Assembly: GCA_963750165.1 (NCBI GenBank)
Contig: CAVVPN010000012.1
Location: 1 to 64,000 of the forward strand
Direction of reading: 5' to 3'
Origin: an uncultured Gemmataceae bacterium
GTDB taxonomy: Bacteria > Planctomycetota > Planctomycetia > Gemmatales > Gemmataceae
Length of the DNA: 64,000 nt
Shown here: one piece after another, positions 1 to 13,462 of the stretch
Numbering within the stretch: position 1 is the stretch's first letter
How the letters are laid out: each line of letters opens with the position of its first letter
Program-made: the position numbers and the translations under genes
Notes under the pieces: generated by a model
Database searches by the model: none
The model's input: only the letters and a program-made list of their open reading frames with translations
Told to the model about the DNA's origin: nothing

Positions 1-565
1 GAACTGCCTGCTGGCCACCATGAGGTAGAAGTCAGTGGGGGTGGACTTACGAGAAGGGCAACGATCAGAATCGTCGATGAACAAACAACTTACTGCCAGA
101 TGTATTTTAGTGCATGGGGCATTCTCGGCGGAGGGCTCATCTTGACGCAAGGAGGACGGCAGAACGGACCTAGGTGGATTCTTTGGACAATGCTTGTCCT
201 CTTGTTGGTGCCACTTTGCATGTGCGGGGTCGTGGGCCTGGTCACCTATTGGGGAGGAAAAGCTTAACCAGGTTCCAGTAGAAATGACTGTCGTCAGCAA
301 ACATGTCAAACCAAATCCCAACAGCCCACATGATTGGTACATTCTCAAACTCGTAGATAAGCAGGGAAATTACAAGTCCGTGAACCTCCGAGACAACATT
401 CTTGCGACGAAGTTTTTGCCAGAGGATTTGTACTACAGCGTAGAAATCGGACAGAAATACCAAGTGATCTTTACCGGCGACAAACACAACTTTGTTGGCC
501 TTGTCCCAACGATCAGAGAACACAATAGGCAGTTTTACGAAAGAATGAAACGTAAGGGCGATTAG
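1..565 (+). CDS. Island cargo membrane protein, 5'-partial; probably one gene with a frameshift near 250-267
   Basis: Frame 1 is open from 1 to 267 (ELPAGHHEVEV...WILWTMLVLLLVPLCMCGVVGLVTYWG, hydrophobic segment). It overlaps ORF 194..565 across a G-run. AT-richer than the backbone. Confidence 0.45.
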
Positions 566-687
566 CCACAATGAAATGAGACTGGAGGTGTCTACCTTTT
601 CGCGACTGCCATACATAGCTAGGCTTTATAAAGACCGTTTATATGCGTTTATGAGCCCTTCCACAGACCCTTGCCGTGTGTAGACCC

Positions 688-708
688 AAAAAAGCCCGCG
701 CCGGGGCT
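688..708 (-). terminator. Putative intrinsic terminator downstream of the integrase
   Basis: Minus strand reads AGCCC-CGGCGC-GGGCT-TTTTT. A second hairpin plus T-run lies on the plus strand at about 737-769. Confidence 0.4.
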
Positions 709-773
709 AGAAAGGGGCAGACTAAGAGACCGGAATGGGTCGGGGCAAACACCTCGACCCCACTTTTTTATGG

Positions 774-2023
774 TCAGCCGACCTGGTTCATCGCGTCCAT
801 CGCCTTCTTACGGTCCACCTCGGCGTAGATTTCCGTCGTGAAGGCCGTTGAGTGCCCCAGGATGATCCGGGCCAGTTCTACCCCGAACTCCTTTCGCAGG
901 TACGCTCGCCGCCAGGTGCCTGAGTTGATGCGGATGCCACTTCGGAATGCCCAGTTCTGTTGTCTGCCGCTGCTGATCTTCTTCAGAAAGCTGAACACGG
1001 TGTACCGTTCACCGGGCTTCCGCTTCGGGTCCTTTTTTCTTGCGGGACGCCTGGCTGGGTTGCACCTTGCTCTTACGGGCGGCACGCATCAACTGGTAGC
1101 GTTCCTCGGTCGCCCTTCTGGGGCTGAACACGAAGGCGTCCGGCGGGTACTGACAAAAACGGCTTGAGGACTTCCTGGGCCTTGGGGCCGATGTAGATGA
1201 GGCGTTCCTGGTCGCGGTTTTCGTTCTTGTGCCTGAAGGGTCGGAACACCCAGACCGGCCCGGTGGTGTCTATGTCACAGGGCCGCAGCAGGCAGACCTC
1301 CCCGGAACTCGGCACCCGTCAACCGCTGGAATTCGATCATCCCCCGAACGTGGCGGGTGACCACGGGCAGCACTTTTTCGAACTAGTGTTTCCTCCGCGA
1401 CGGGTTTCACCTTGCGGATTTCCCGGGCCTCCGTGTGGCCCTTACGAAGGGGCGTCACCGACAGCAGGGCGTGGTAGACGCTCGGCGGCACCAGTTCGTT
1501 CTCGCTGCCCCAGCGGAACATCCTCCTGATGATGTCCACCCGCCGGTTGACGGTGAGGCGGGTCAGATGGTAATGGATCGTCTTCTCCAGGATTTTCTCC
1601 CACCCCGTTCTCGACCACCTTCCGCTTGAACACCCGCTGCTGCGACTCCAGCATCTTTGACCGCACCGCCTTCAGGGCCAGGGGTCCGAAATCCCCCACG
1701 GGTGACCTCCTGTACAGTTGGAGCAGCGGTGCGGCAGCACGCTTGATCTTGACGAGTTCGTTCGGGGACTTTTGGTAATACTCCTGGGCGTGGCGGAGGT
1801 AGCCCAGGACGAGCCCGTTGACCGTTAGGCCGGTAGTACTACCGGGTTCAGGGGCAGTTTGCTGCCCACGGGCCAGCCACTCCTGGATCAGGCGGCTGTA
1901 CTGCTCCTTGCTGGCGGCAGTACCGTGACGGCCCAGGTAGTGGTCCTTCCCGTTGAGGGTGACGACGGCCTGGCCGGTGGGCTTGTGGAGGCGGTAAGAA
2001 GGGACGCGGGAAGACGTTCGCAT
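774..2023 (-). CDS. Tyrosine recombinase/integrase, planctomycete type, split into several frames (errors or decay)
   Basis: N-terminus VPSYRLHKPTGQAVVTLNGKDHYLG. Fragments carry GCR..GEVC, RHKN, HPHQLRH (out of frame) and ILGHS...TEIYA catalytic motifs. Lies directly 3' of a tRNA. Confidence 0.85.
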
Positions 2024-2135
2024 GACGCGACTCCTGAAGTAAACCCGGTAGTACTACCGGATTCTTTCGTCCTTCAGGCCGCACACCCGACCGTCGGGTG
2101 GTACGCAAGTCGCGTCGGCACAACTGGTTCTGGAA

Positions 2136-2207
2136 AGCCGACTCTGGGATTTGAACCCAGGACCTATGCTTTACGAAAGCATTGCTCTACCGCTGAGCTA
2201 AGTCGGC
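2136..2207 (-). tRNA. tRNA-Thr(CGT)
   Basis: Reverse complement GCCGACTTAGCTCAGCGGTAGAGCAATGCTTTCGTAAAGCATAGGTCCTGGGTTCAAATCCCAGAGTCGGCT folds as a cloverleaf with anticodon loop TTCGTAA. Confidence 0.95.
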
Positions 2208-2515
2208 GTAAGTTGTTTTATTTCAAGCTGTTTTGTCCTGCTCTGCTCGGAGCGCCTGCTGCTGGACACCAGTTACCCAGTGGTGAAGGGGTGAGCGTGT
2301 TGTTGCCGTTCCGGCCGCGAATGAGGTGACACCCGCGCAACGGAGAGGTCATCCTTCCCAAAAACCATTCTACTGCGCCCACCAGGCCGAGCAAGCCCTC
2401 TGAGGCGGTCTCCTGGTGCTGTTGCTGGCGGCTCAGCGCTCTCCGCCCAGTCGCCAGCAACAGCATCGTCGCCGTCCAGCGCCCGGCCATCGCGGCCCCT
2501 CCCGTCCCCGCGCCG

Positions 2516-3448
2516 TTACTCGTTCCAGTCCGGGCCCGGCACTGCCCCATCGCGCGGATCGTTGACGGCGGCCCAGGTGGCCGCGGTCACGCCCACCGAG
2601 ACGAAGCGCACGCTGCCATCGCCCAGGCAGACGTTGAGGCCGCCGCTGTGGGCCGACTGGGTGCGGGTCGGGTCGCAGCCGGTGATGTAGTTGGGCTGGT
2701 TCTGCGGCAGCGGCGCCGCCGGGTAGCCGACCTGACCGCCCTTGCCGGAGCCGAGGTTGAAGCCCGGCCGCCAGATACTGTTGGAGTCGGCCCACAGGCT
2801 GCCCCAAACATCACTGCCGTTCAGGTTCCCCTGCGGATCGTTGCCGCAGGTGCCGAACACCTCCGCGAAGAACACCGTGTTGGACAGGCCATCGCGGATG
2901 TTGGCCATGCGGTTGGCGCCGTAGGGCACGCCCGTCTGCGGGGCGCCGAAGACGTAGAAGTTGGCGGCGACTGAGCTGGCACCCCAGTTCTCCGCCCCAC
3001 CGTAGGCCGTCTCGTTCATGTAGTTGTTCACGGACGGGTCCGACGGACAGACCAGGATGGGGATCGGCTGGAAGTACTGACCGCCGGCGTAGCCCGTGAG
3101 GGTCATCTGGTTAAAAATGGTTTCCCGCTCCAGGTACGGCAGCAGGAAGGCGAACACGGTGTAGATGTGCCGGCCGTAAGGGGTGCTGGCGGGCGTGAAA
3201 CAGCTGGCGATGGTGGGGTCGGCACAGGGGGCGCACAGGGGCGGGAACAGCTTGCGCGCGCCGTAGAGGTTGTGCAGGGCGACGCCAACCTGCTTGAAGT
3301 TGTTCTGGCACTGGGCCTGGGCGGCGGCCGCGCGGACTTTCTGCACCGCCGGCAAGAGCAGGCCGATCAGGATGGCGATGATCGCGATGACGACCAGCAA
3401 CTCGATCAGCGTGAAACCCGGGCGCTGACGCAGGGAAGGCGGACGCAT
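2516..3448 (-). CDS. DUF1559 family prepilin-type N-terminal cleavage/methylation protein
   Basis: [33 protein letters not shown], and C-terminal [17 protein letters not shown] (H-X9-DG). Confidence 0.95.
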   Translation of the reverse strand: MRPPSLRQRPGFTLIELLVVIAIIAILIGLLLPAVQKVRAAAAQAQCQNNFKQVGVALHNLYGARKLFPPLCAPCADPTIASCFTPASTPYGRHIYTVFAFLLPYLERETIFNQMTLTGYAGGQYFQPIPILVCPSDPSVNNYMNETAYGGAENWGASSVAANFYVFGAPQTGVPYGANRMANIRDGLSNTVFFAEVFGTCGNDPQGNLNGSDVWGSLWADSNSIWRPGFNLGSGKGGQVGYPAAPLPQNQPNYITGCDPTRTQSAHSGGLNVCLGDGSVRFVSVGVTAATWAAVNDPRDGAVPGPDWNE

Positions 3449-3667
3449 GGCGGTTGCCCTCGCACGGCACGGGACAAAGGCAAGAACAATAGCGGCCCGA
3501 ATGATCTGGAGAGGGACAAGTTGAAATTAGGCCCCCCGTGGCGGGATGTCAAGAAGAACAGCAGCGGCGAACTGCGCTTGCAATATTCCCGCGTCCGACG
3601 CAAGATACCACCAGCGCCGCGGATCGTCGTCCCGGCCGGCCCGGTTTCCCGCCCTTCAGGTGCATGG

Positions 3668-4435
3668 ATGCCCAACGCCAACGGCCGCTGGATTGCCCTG
3701 TCGCCGCACCGCCAGTTCATCTGCGACCTGCTTCACTTCGCCCGCCAGGTGCCGACCGTCCCCGTGCAGCGGCGTCTGCGTCTGCGGCCACTGCTTCGCA
3801 CCCGGCGCCGTGCCTGGCCGCGCCCCGGCCTGTGCGTTGTCTTCACGAAGGCCTACGGCATCGTCGCCGCCCGGCACCCCGAACTGCGCCGTGCCTACCT
3901 CAACTTCCCGCGGCCGCGCCTGTACGAACATCCGCACAGTGTCGCCTCGATCGCCATCGAGCGCCAGGTTGGCGGCGAGAACGCGGTGCTGTTCGCACAC
4001 CTGCGCGCCCCGGAGAAGCAACCGCTGGACAAGCTCGACGCCGCCCTGCACCGCTACCAGCGCGAGCCGGTCGAGAGTGTCGGCCTGTTCCGCCGCATCG
4101 GGGTGCTCAACCGACTGCCGGGGCCGCTGCGCCGGCTGGCATGGTGGGGCCTGCTCAACGGTTCCGGTTACCGACGGGCGCGGCAGCTGGGCACGTTCGG
4201 CGTCAGCGTTTATTCGGCCCTGGGCTGCGAATCGCTGCACCCGCTGTCGCCGCTCTCGACGACGCTGACCTACGGCGTCATCGACCGTCGCGGCGAGGTG
4301 GACGTGCGGTTGGTGTACGACCACCGTGTCACCGACGGCGCCACCGTGGCGCGGGCACTGGGCGAGTTGGAAGATGTGCTCAACGGCGAGATCGTGGCGG
4401 AGTTGCGCGAACTGGAAAGGACGGCCGTGCCATGA
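3668..4435 (+). CDS. Stand-alone 2-oxoacid dehydrogenase E2/CAT-like acyltransferase catalytic domain
   Basis: GTFGVS and YDHRVTDGA (HxxxDG). No lipoyl domain. Confidence 0.7.
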   Translation: MPNANGRWIALSPHRQFICDLLHFARQVPTVPVQRRLRLRPLLRTRRRAWPRPGLCVVFTKAYGIVAARHPELRRAYLNFPRPRLYEHPHSVASIAIERQVGGENAVLFAHLRAPEKQPLDKLDAALHRYQREPVESVGLFRRIGVLNRLPGPLRRLAWWGLLNGSGYRRARQLGTFGVSVYSALGCESLHPLSPLSTTLTYGVIDRRGEVDVRLVYDHRVTDGATVARALGELEDVLNGEIVAELRELERTAVP

Positions 4436-5091
4436 CCCAACCCGCAGGCCGGACGTTGTCGTTGACGCCGGCGCGCCGCTTCATGGGTGAGCTGCTGAAG
4501 GACACCCGGCGCGTGCCGACGGCGATGTTGCGGCGGTCGCTGCAACTGGCGGCTGTGGCGGCGGCGCGGCAGGCGGCGCGACCGCGGCCGAGCTGGTGCG
4601 CCGTCTTCACCAAGGCGTACGGCGGCGTGGCGGCGGCCCAACCCGAGTTGCGCCGCGTCTACCGGGACTGGCCGTGGCCGCACCTCTACGAACACGCCGG
4701 CAACGTCGCCGCGGTCGCCGTCACGCGCCGCCTGGAGGGCGAGGGCATCGTCTGCTTCGCGCACCTGCGCCAGCCGCAGGAGCAGCGCCTGGAAGAACTG
4801 GATCAGGAACTGCGGCGCGTGAAGGGCGCGGCGCCGGAAATCGGCGCTGCCCGGCGGTCGGGCACGTTCGGCGTGACGGCGTTGTCGGGCCTGGGGGCGC
4901 CGCTGCTCAACGCGCTGGCGCCGCTGACGACGACGTTGAGCTATGGCCGGGTCGGCGCAGGCGGCGCGGCGGAGGTGCGGCTGACGTTCGATCATCGTGT
5001 GCTGGGCAGCGCCGCCGCGGCGCAGGCGCTGGAACATTTGGAGAGGGTTCTGTGCGGCGACCTGCTCGCGGAACTGAATCAGATTTCGTGA
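4432..5091 (+). CDS. Paralogous E2-like acyltransferase domain with a degenerate active site
   Basis: ATGA overlap with the previous gene. Shares VFTKAYG, PELRR.Y, LYEH and GTFGV, but the motif reads FDHRVLGSA. Confidence 0.65.
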   Translation: MTQPAGRTLSLTPARRFMGELLKDTRRVPTAMLRRSLQLAAVAAARQAARPRPSWCAVFTKAYGGVAAAQPELRRVYRDWPWPHLYEHAGNVAAVAVTRRLEGEGIVCFAHLRQPQEQRLEELDQELRRVKGAAPEIGAARRSGTFGVTALSGLGAPLLNALAPLTTTLSYGRVGAGGAAEVRLTFDHRVLGSAAAAQALEHLERVLCGDLLAELNQIS

Positions 5092-5101
5092 AGCGGCCGC
5101 T

Positions 5102-5797
5102 TCATGGGATCTTACCCCGCCGCCGCCACTGTTCCTCGGCGGAACTCGGCCGCAGGTACAACGGCTCCGCCGCTAATACATCATCGCGTTCGCCGCGGCG
5201 GTAGCGCTCCAGGCCGATTTCCAGCAACTTCTCCGGCCCCGGCGACCACAATTCCTCCGCCACGACTGGAGTGTACGCCGGCAGTCGGTCACGGTACTTC
5301 CGTAGCCCCGGCCCCGACACCCACCAGTCCTTCGCTAACCACGGCAAACAATCCCGTTCCGATTCTACCAGCAACGCCCACAGCGGCCGCATCACCCCAC
5401 CGGCGTCGCGCTCGAATTGCTGGATGTAGATGTTGTCCTGCTGCGCGTCCGCGATCACGTGCAACTTGCCGCACTCCGCCGGCGCCTGCCGCGCGATCGC
5501 GTCAAATGTCGGCACCGTCAGCAGCGCACATCCGGTCGCGAACGCCAACGCCTTGGCGGACATCATGCCGACGCGCAGCCCCGTGTAACTGCCGGGGCCG
5601 CTGCCGACGACGACACCGTCCAGGTCGCGCGGCCGCCAGTCCTCCGCGGCCAGCAGTTCCGCGACCGTCGGCGCCAGGTCACGGGCGTGGCGGCGCGTCT
5701 CGTCGAGGCGGCGCACGGCCCCGAGTTGATCGCCGGCCGCCAGCGCAACCAGGCCGACCGGCTGCGATGTCTCCAGCAGCAGCAGACGCGGATTCAC
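5102..5797 (-). CDS. tsaB: tRNA threonylcarbamoyladenosine biosynthesis protein TsaB
   Basis: LLLETS, HARDL, GPGSYTGLRVG, DAQQ and PLYLRPS motifs. Confidence 0.9.
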   Translation of the reverse strand: MNPRLLLLETSQPVGLVALAAGDQLGAVRRLDETRRHARDLAPTVAELLAAEDWRPRDLDGVVVGSGPGSYTGLRVGMMSAKALAFATGCALLTVPTFDAIARQAPAECGKLHVIADAQQDNIYIQQFERDAGGVMRPLWALLVESERDCLPWLAKDWWVSGPGLRKYRDRLPAYTPVVAEELWSPGPEKLLEIGLERYRRGERDDVLAAEPLYLRPSSAEEQWRRRGKIP

Positions 5798-5895
5798 GAA
5801 AAAGCCCTCCAGACGTCGGTTGGCACGGCTCCCCGTTCACATTATAATCTCAACTTCTTCCACGCCAGATTCGTTCATCCGTCAGCGAGGCAGGC

Positions 5896-6534
5896 ATGAG
5901 CACTGTCGATGAAGTCTCAATTTTCACGGACGGCGCGGCCCGTGGCAACCCGGGGCCGGCCGCCTTCGCTTACGTCATCCGGGACGCCAACGGCGCGCTC
6001 CTGGCCGAGCACAGCCAGTGCATGGGCGAGACCACCAACAACGTCGCGGAGTACACCGCCCTGGTGCGCGCCCTGGAAAAGGCCCTGGAGCTGGGGGCCA
6101 AAAAAGTCCGGCTGCACAGCGACAGCGAACTCATGGTCAAGCAGATGCGCGGCGAGTACAGGGTCAAGAACGAGGGCCTGCGCGATCTGTTCGAGCAGGC
6201 CGGGGCGCTGGCGAAGCGCTTCACGGCGGTGGCGTTCCAGCACGTGCGCCGCGGCGACAACAGCCACGCCGACCGCCTGTGCAACGAGGCGCTGGACGGC
6301 GGCAAGGCGAAGGCCGCAAAGCCCGCGAAGGCGGCGGGTTCCGGCAAGGCGGCGGGCGGCACAGCGGCGCTGGAGCAGCGCGTGCGGGCCGACGTGCTGG
6401 AGTGTCTGTCGGACGCGGCGGCGGCGTGGATCGACAGCCGTGACGCACGGCTGCCGCCGGTGGAGATCGTCTGGGAGCAGTTGTGGTCGATCCTGGAGGA
6501 AAACGGCGTGCTGCGGTCGGCGCGTTCGCGGTGA
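5896..6534 (+). CDS. rnhA: Ribonuclease HI family protein
   Basis: FTDGAARGNPGPA, TNNVAEY, SDSELMVKQM, HVRRGDNSHADRL. Confidence 0.88.
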   Translation: MSTVDEVSIFTDGAARGNPGPAAFAYVIRDANGALLAEHSQCMGETTNNVAEYTALVRALEKALELGAKKVRLHSDSELMVKQMRGEYRVKNEGLRDLFEQAGALAKRFTAVAFQHVRRGDNSHADRLCNEALDGGKAKAAKPAKAAGSGKAAGGTAALEQRVRADVLECLSDAAAAWIDSRDARLPPVEIVWEQLWSILEENGVLRSARSR

Positions 6535-6568
6535 ACGGCGGCCGTGGCCCGTGGCGGAGGACATACCG

Positions 6569-6913
6569 ATGATGCGCAAACTGGGGCTGGGGCTGCTGGG
6601 GCTGGCGCTGCTGGCGGCCGGGGCGGCGGCGCAGGGCGGGGGTGAGAAAGAGTACATCAAAGTGGAGGTGCGCGGAACGCTCAAGACGGGCATCATGGCC
6701 ATCGGCGGTGAGACGACGGGCACGATCATCACGACGCCGCACGGCACCCTGGAACTGGATTTCGGCAAGAAGAAGGAGCTGCGGGAACTGGCCGGCAAGC
6801 TCAATGGCAAGGAGGCGGTCGCACGCGGGACGTTACAGGTGCGCAAGGGCGTGGCGATCAAGCAGCGGTTGATCGTCGCGGTCACGGACCTGAAGGCGGC
6901 GGGAGGGAAGTAG
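6569..6913 (+). CDS. Secreted small beta-rich hypothetical protein
   Basis: Signal peptide MMRKLGLGLLGLALLAAGAAA, GGAGG RBS, AIGGETTG motif. Confidence 0.7.
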   Translation: MMRKLGLGLLGLALLAAGAAAQGGGEKEYIKVEVRGTLKTGIMAIGGETTGTIITTPHGTLELDFGKKKELRELAGKLNGKEAVARGTLQVRKGVAIKQRLIVAVTDLKAAGGK

Positions 6914-7014
6914 CGGGAGCAAGCCCGGGTTCAGCACGGCTGGACCCGGGCATTTACTCGCCTGAGGGCGTGCAGTATGATGACAGCAATTTCTGCGCAC
7001 CCAGAGGCGAAGCC

Positions 7015-7353
7015 ATGACCGTCACGATTGAAGACAACATCAGGGAAAATCCTGCATTGTTCGCCGTGGTGACCAGGGCTCAAAAAGCCCTGGAAGACAT
7101 TGTCGAGCACTCGCTCCTCGACGTGAGCGCCACCTGGTGTTTTGTCGAGGACCAGCGCCACCGACAATTTATCGAACTGAAATTGTCGGACCCGCTGGCG
7201 TCATTGTCGCGCCTGTTCTCCCCCGAAGACCTCGCCCACCCAGATCAATGGGGGTCCCCGCTATCGCGATTTTGGAGCGACTTTTTGAACGTCCTCTCGC
7301 GCAAGCACCTGCTGCGGCTGCACCAGTTGGTCGCCGAACTCGATAAGGAGTGA
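7015..7353 (+). CDS. Hypothetical protein
   Basis: Open frame with upstream GAGG; overlaps the next gene by 4 nt. Confidence 0.6.
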   Translation: MTVTIEDNIRENPALFAVVTRAQKALEDIVEHSLLDVSATWCFVEDQRHRQFIELKLSDPLASLSRLFSPEDLAHPDQWGSPLSRFWSDFLNVLSRKHLLRLHQLVAELDKE

Positions 7354-7673
7354 GTGTGGCGGCCAAGACGAACACCGATCTCATCCGGGAACTGAGTGTC
7401 AACGTCGTCAGCCTCGAAGGCAAGACGGCCGTCCTGCAGCGGAACTATGAACACCTCAACATGGAACAGGACAAAACGGCCGAAGCGCTGCATAACGCCC
7501 TGATGCGGATCAGCGTCCTGGACGAGCGGTTAGATCATCTCGTCAAATCCTTCGCCGAGTTCAAGAAAACCCAGGAAGAAAACACCCGCCAACGCTGGCT
7601 GTTGTGGGTGGCTGCCTGGGGCTGCGCACTCACTCTGGTCGCCAACCTGCTCGTCACGTTTCTGCGCAAATAA
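7350..7673 (+). CDS. Hypothetical coiled-coil protein with a C-terminal transmembrane anchor
   Basis: AAGGAG RBS, heptad-like N-terminal part, hydrophobic WLLWVAAWGCALTLVANLLVTFL. Confidence 0.6.
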   Translation: MSVAAKTNTDLIRELSVNVVSLEGKTAVLQRNYEHLNMEQDKTAEALHNALMRISVLDERLDHLVKSFAEFKKTQEENTRQRWLLWVAAWGCALTLVANLLVTFLRK

Positions 7674-7766
7674 AGGATTCACCACAAAGAGGACAAAGAG
7701 AAGACAGAGAGTTATTATTTCTTCTGTCTTCTCTTTGTCCTCTTTGTGTCTCTGTGGTGAATCCTT
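7673..7766. repeat. REP-like inverted repeat (CACCACA...TGTGGTG family)
   Basis: AAGGATTCACCACA...TGTGGTGAATCCTT arms between convergent genes. Related elements at 18186 and 21866. Confidence 0.8.
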
Positions 7767-7773
7767 GTTTAAC

Positions 7774-10536
<2,763 letters not shown>

Positions 10537-10839
10537 AACGGATGGTCACTCTCCGGATAAGTTCCGTGGTGGTGAATGTGCCCGGCGCCCCTTCTGGGTG
10601 GCCCGGTATCAACGAATCGGTGTGGTACAAGATAGGCACCGACCCAGGACCCGGCCAGTAGCCGCGATAATACTGTCGCGGCCGGCAAAGTCGGCGGGAA
10701 TTTCCTGGTTTGACAGAGTGGTCCGCCCCACAATCCGTGACGGTCAGCGTTTTTCCTTGCGTCGGCACGCCAGCAACAGTACACTCCAAACTGACTCCAG
10801 AGCCCCGCCGGATCGCCTTCCCTCCGCTTGAGGTCGTCA

Positions 10840-13100
10840 ATGTCGCGTACCCTCGTGCTGATCTCCGCCAGTCTCCTTGCGCTGACGCCGACCGGCGGCG
10901 CCGTCCGCGCACAAGCCGTCAAGCTGCCGGGGACGGTCAGCGGCGCGCAGGCGCAGCCGGTGCCGTCGTTCGTCAACGAGGTGACGCCGCTGCTGACGCG
11001 CCTGGGCTGCAACCAGGGCGCCTGTCACGGCAAGAGGGCGGGGCAGAACGGCTTTCGGCTGTCGCTGCGCGGCTACGCGCCGGACTGGGACCACGCCTGG
11101 CTGACGCGCGAGTTCGGCAGTCGTCGCGTCAACACCGCCGACCCGGAGGCGAGTCTGCTGCTGCGCAAGCCGCTGGGCCAGGCACCGCACGAGGGCGGCA
11201 AACTGCTCCGCACCGGCAGCCGTGAACACCAGTTGCTGCTGAAGTGGCTGCGGGCCGGCGCCCCCGGGCCGCACAGGAACGACCCGACACTACAGCAACT
11301 GGAGTTGTTGCCCGGCAACCGGCTGCTGCGGCCGGGCATGGAACTGCAGTTGCTCGTCCGCGCCCGCTTCAGCGACGGCCGCTGGCAGGACGTGACCTGG
11401 CTGACGCAGTTCGTGAGCAACGACGCCAGCGTCGCGGAAGTCAGCCCGACCGGCCGCGTCAAGATGCTGCGTCCTGGTGAGACGGCCGTCCGCGCCACCT
11501 TCCTCGGCCAGGTCGCGGTGCTCCTGGTGACCGCGCCGCACGACCGGGCCGTCCCGCCGGACCTGCTGGCAAAACGTAATAACGTCATCGACGAGCACGT
11601 CTTCAACAAGCTGGACGCCCTGCGCATCGAGCCAGCGGACCTGTGCAGCGATGAGACGTTCCTCCGCCGCGCTTTCCTCGACACCATCGGCGTGCTGCCG
11701 AGCGCGGACGAGGTGCGGGCGTTCCTGGCGGATAAACGGCCCGACCGGCGGGCGCGGTTGATCGACGCATTGTTGGAGCGGCCGGAGTTCGTGGACTTCT
11801 GGACACTGCAACTGGCGGACCTGTTCCAGAACCGCAAGGAGAGCGACCACGACGTGCGCGGCACCAAGGGCGTGCGGGCGTTCCACAGCTGGCTGCGGCA
11901 GCAGGTGGCCGCCAACCGGCCGTGGGACGAGCTGGCTCGTGCCGTGCTGACCGCGAAGGGGACGACCCATGAGAACCCCGCGGTCGGCTACTACATCGTG
12001 ACGGTTGGCGAGAAGCGCCAGGCCGCGGAATCGACGGTGGTGGCGTCGGTGGCGCAGACGTTCCTGGGCACGCGCATCGGCTGCGCCCAGTGCCACAATC
12101 ACCCGCTGGAGAAGTACACGCAGGACGACTACTATCACTTCGCCGCGTACTTCTCGCGCATCCAGCTGCAGCGCCAGGATCCGAAACAGGGGCCGACAAT
12201 GCTGGTGGTGTCGCACCCGGACGCCAACCAGAACAAGCAGCCGGTCGGCTTCGTGCAGCCGCGGACGGGCAAATTCCTGGCGCCGCAACCGCTCGACCGC
12301 AGCGCCACCGCCGTGAAACCCGGCGACGACCCGCGCGCGGCGCTGTGCGCTGGATGACCGACCCGAACAACACGCAGTTCAGCGGCGCGATGGTCAATCG
12401 CCTGTGGGCGCACTTTTTGGGCACCGGCCTGGTCGAGCCCATTGACGACCTCCGCGCCAGCAACCCGCCGAGCAACCCCGCCCTGTGGAACGCGCTCATC
12501 AAGGAGTTTGTTAGTAGCAAATTCGACCGCAAGCACATCATGCGGCTGATCCTGAACTCACGCACCTATCAGTTGAGCGCCGCGACCAAACCCGGCAACG
12601 ACAAGGACACGCGCTGCTATTCGCGCTACTACGTGCGCCGGCTGCCAGCGGAGGTGCTGGCGGATGCGCTGTCGAGCGCGACGGGCGTGCCGGACAGCTT
12701 CCCGGGCTACCCGGTCGGTCTGCGGGCGGTGCAGCTGCCGGACCCGTCGGCGAAGTCGTACTTTCTGACGCTGTTCGGCAAGAGCGAGCGCATCACCGCC
12801 TGCGCCTGCGAGCGCAGCGGTGCGGTGACCATGCCACAGCTTTTGCACCTGCAGAACGGCACCAGCGTCGTGCAGAAGATCGCGGCCGGCGAGGGCCGGC
12901 TCAGCGCATTGTTGAAGGCAAAGAAGACGGACGACGACGTGGTGGAGGAGTTGTTCCTGACGACGCTGGCGCGGCGGCCGACGGCGGGTGAATGGCAGAG
13001 CGTGCGGGCGGCGCTGGCCGGTGGCGACCCGCGCGACGTGGTGTTCCGCGATCTGTTCTGGGCGCTGCTGAATACCAAGGAGTTCGCGTTTAACCATTGA
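10840..13100 (+). CDS. DUF1549/DUF1553 (PSD1-type) planctomycete protein with an Ig-like domain; frameshift near 12350
   Basis: GCNQGACHG, FLRRAFLDTIG, GCAQCHNHP, then VNRLWAHFLGTGLVEP...LFWALLNTKEFAFNH in the next frame. Confidence 0.9.
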
Positions 13101-13101
13101 T
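12987..13101 (+). repeat. Direct repeat copy 1 (3' end of the DUF1553 gene)
   Basis: 115 bp; 6 mismatches against 13916..14030. Confidence 0.9.
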
Positions 13102-13162
13102 CTGCGCGGTACTGAACTCTTGTGGTAGGATGTTGGTGTGCCAGGGCAAAAAGGAGATGGAC

Positions 13163-13462
13163 ATGCAAATTCCCGTTCTCGTGGAGCGGCTCAAGGGAAG
13201 CGGCTACCGAGCACGTGGCACCGAACCGTTCGCCCTTACGGGAAAAGGCGCCACGCGTGAAGAAGCGCTGAGTAAACTGCGTGACAAAATCCAGGCCCGT
13301 CTCAAAAACGGCGTGGAACTCGTTGGGCTGGAAGTCGGTCCGGAGACGAATCCCTGGGTCGAGTTTGCGGGGATGTTCAAAAATGATCCGCTGATCGACG
13401 AATGGAAACAGGCCATGGCCGATTACCGTAAAGAAGTCGAGGAGGATCCAGACTATCGATGA
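13163..13462 (+). CDS. Putative antitoxin (HicB-like N-terminus)
   Basis: AAGGAG RBS, GKGATREEAL, NPWVEFAGMF. ATGA overlap with the PIN gene. Confidence 0.65.
   Translation: MQIPVLVERLKGSGYRARGTEPFALTGKGATREEALSKLRDKIQARLKNGVELVGLEVGPETNPWVEFAGMFKNDPLIDEWKQAMADYRKEVEEDPDYR

Noticed and set aside
10540..10830. Riboswitch upstream of hppA
   Set aside because: Hairpins are present, but no consensus I can match; one is a REP half-copy.
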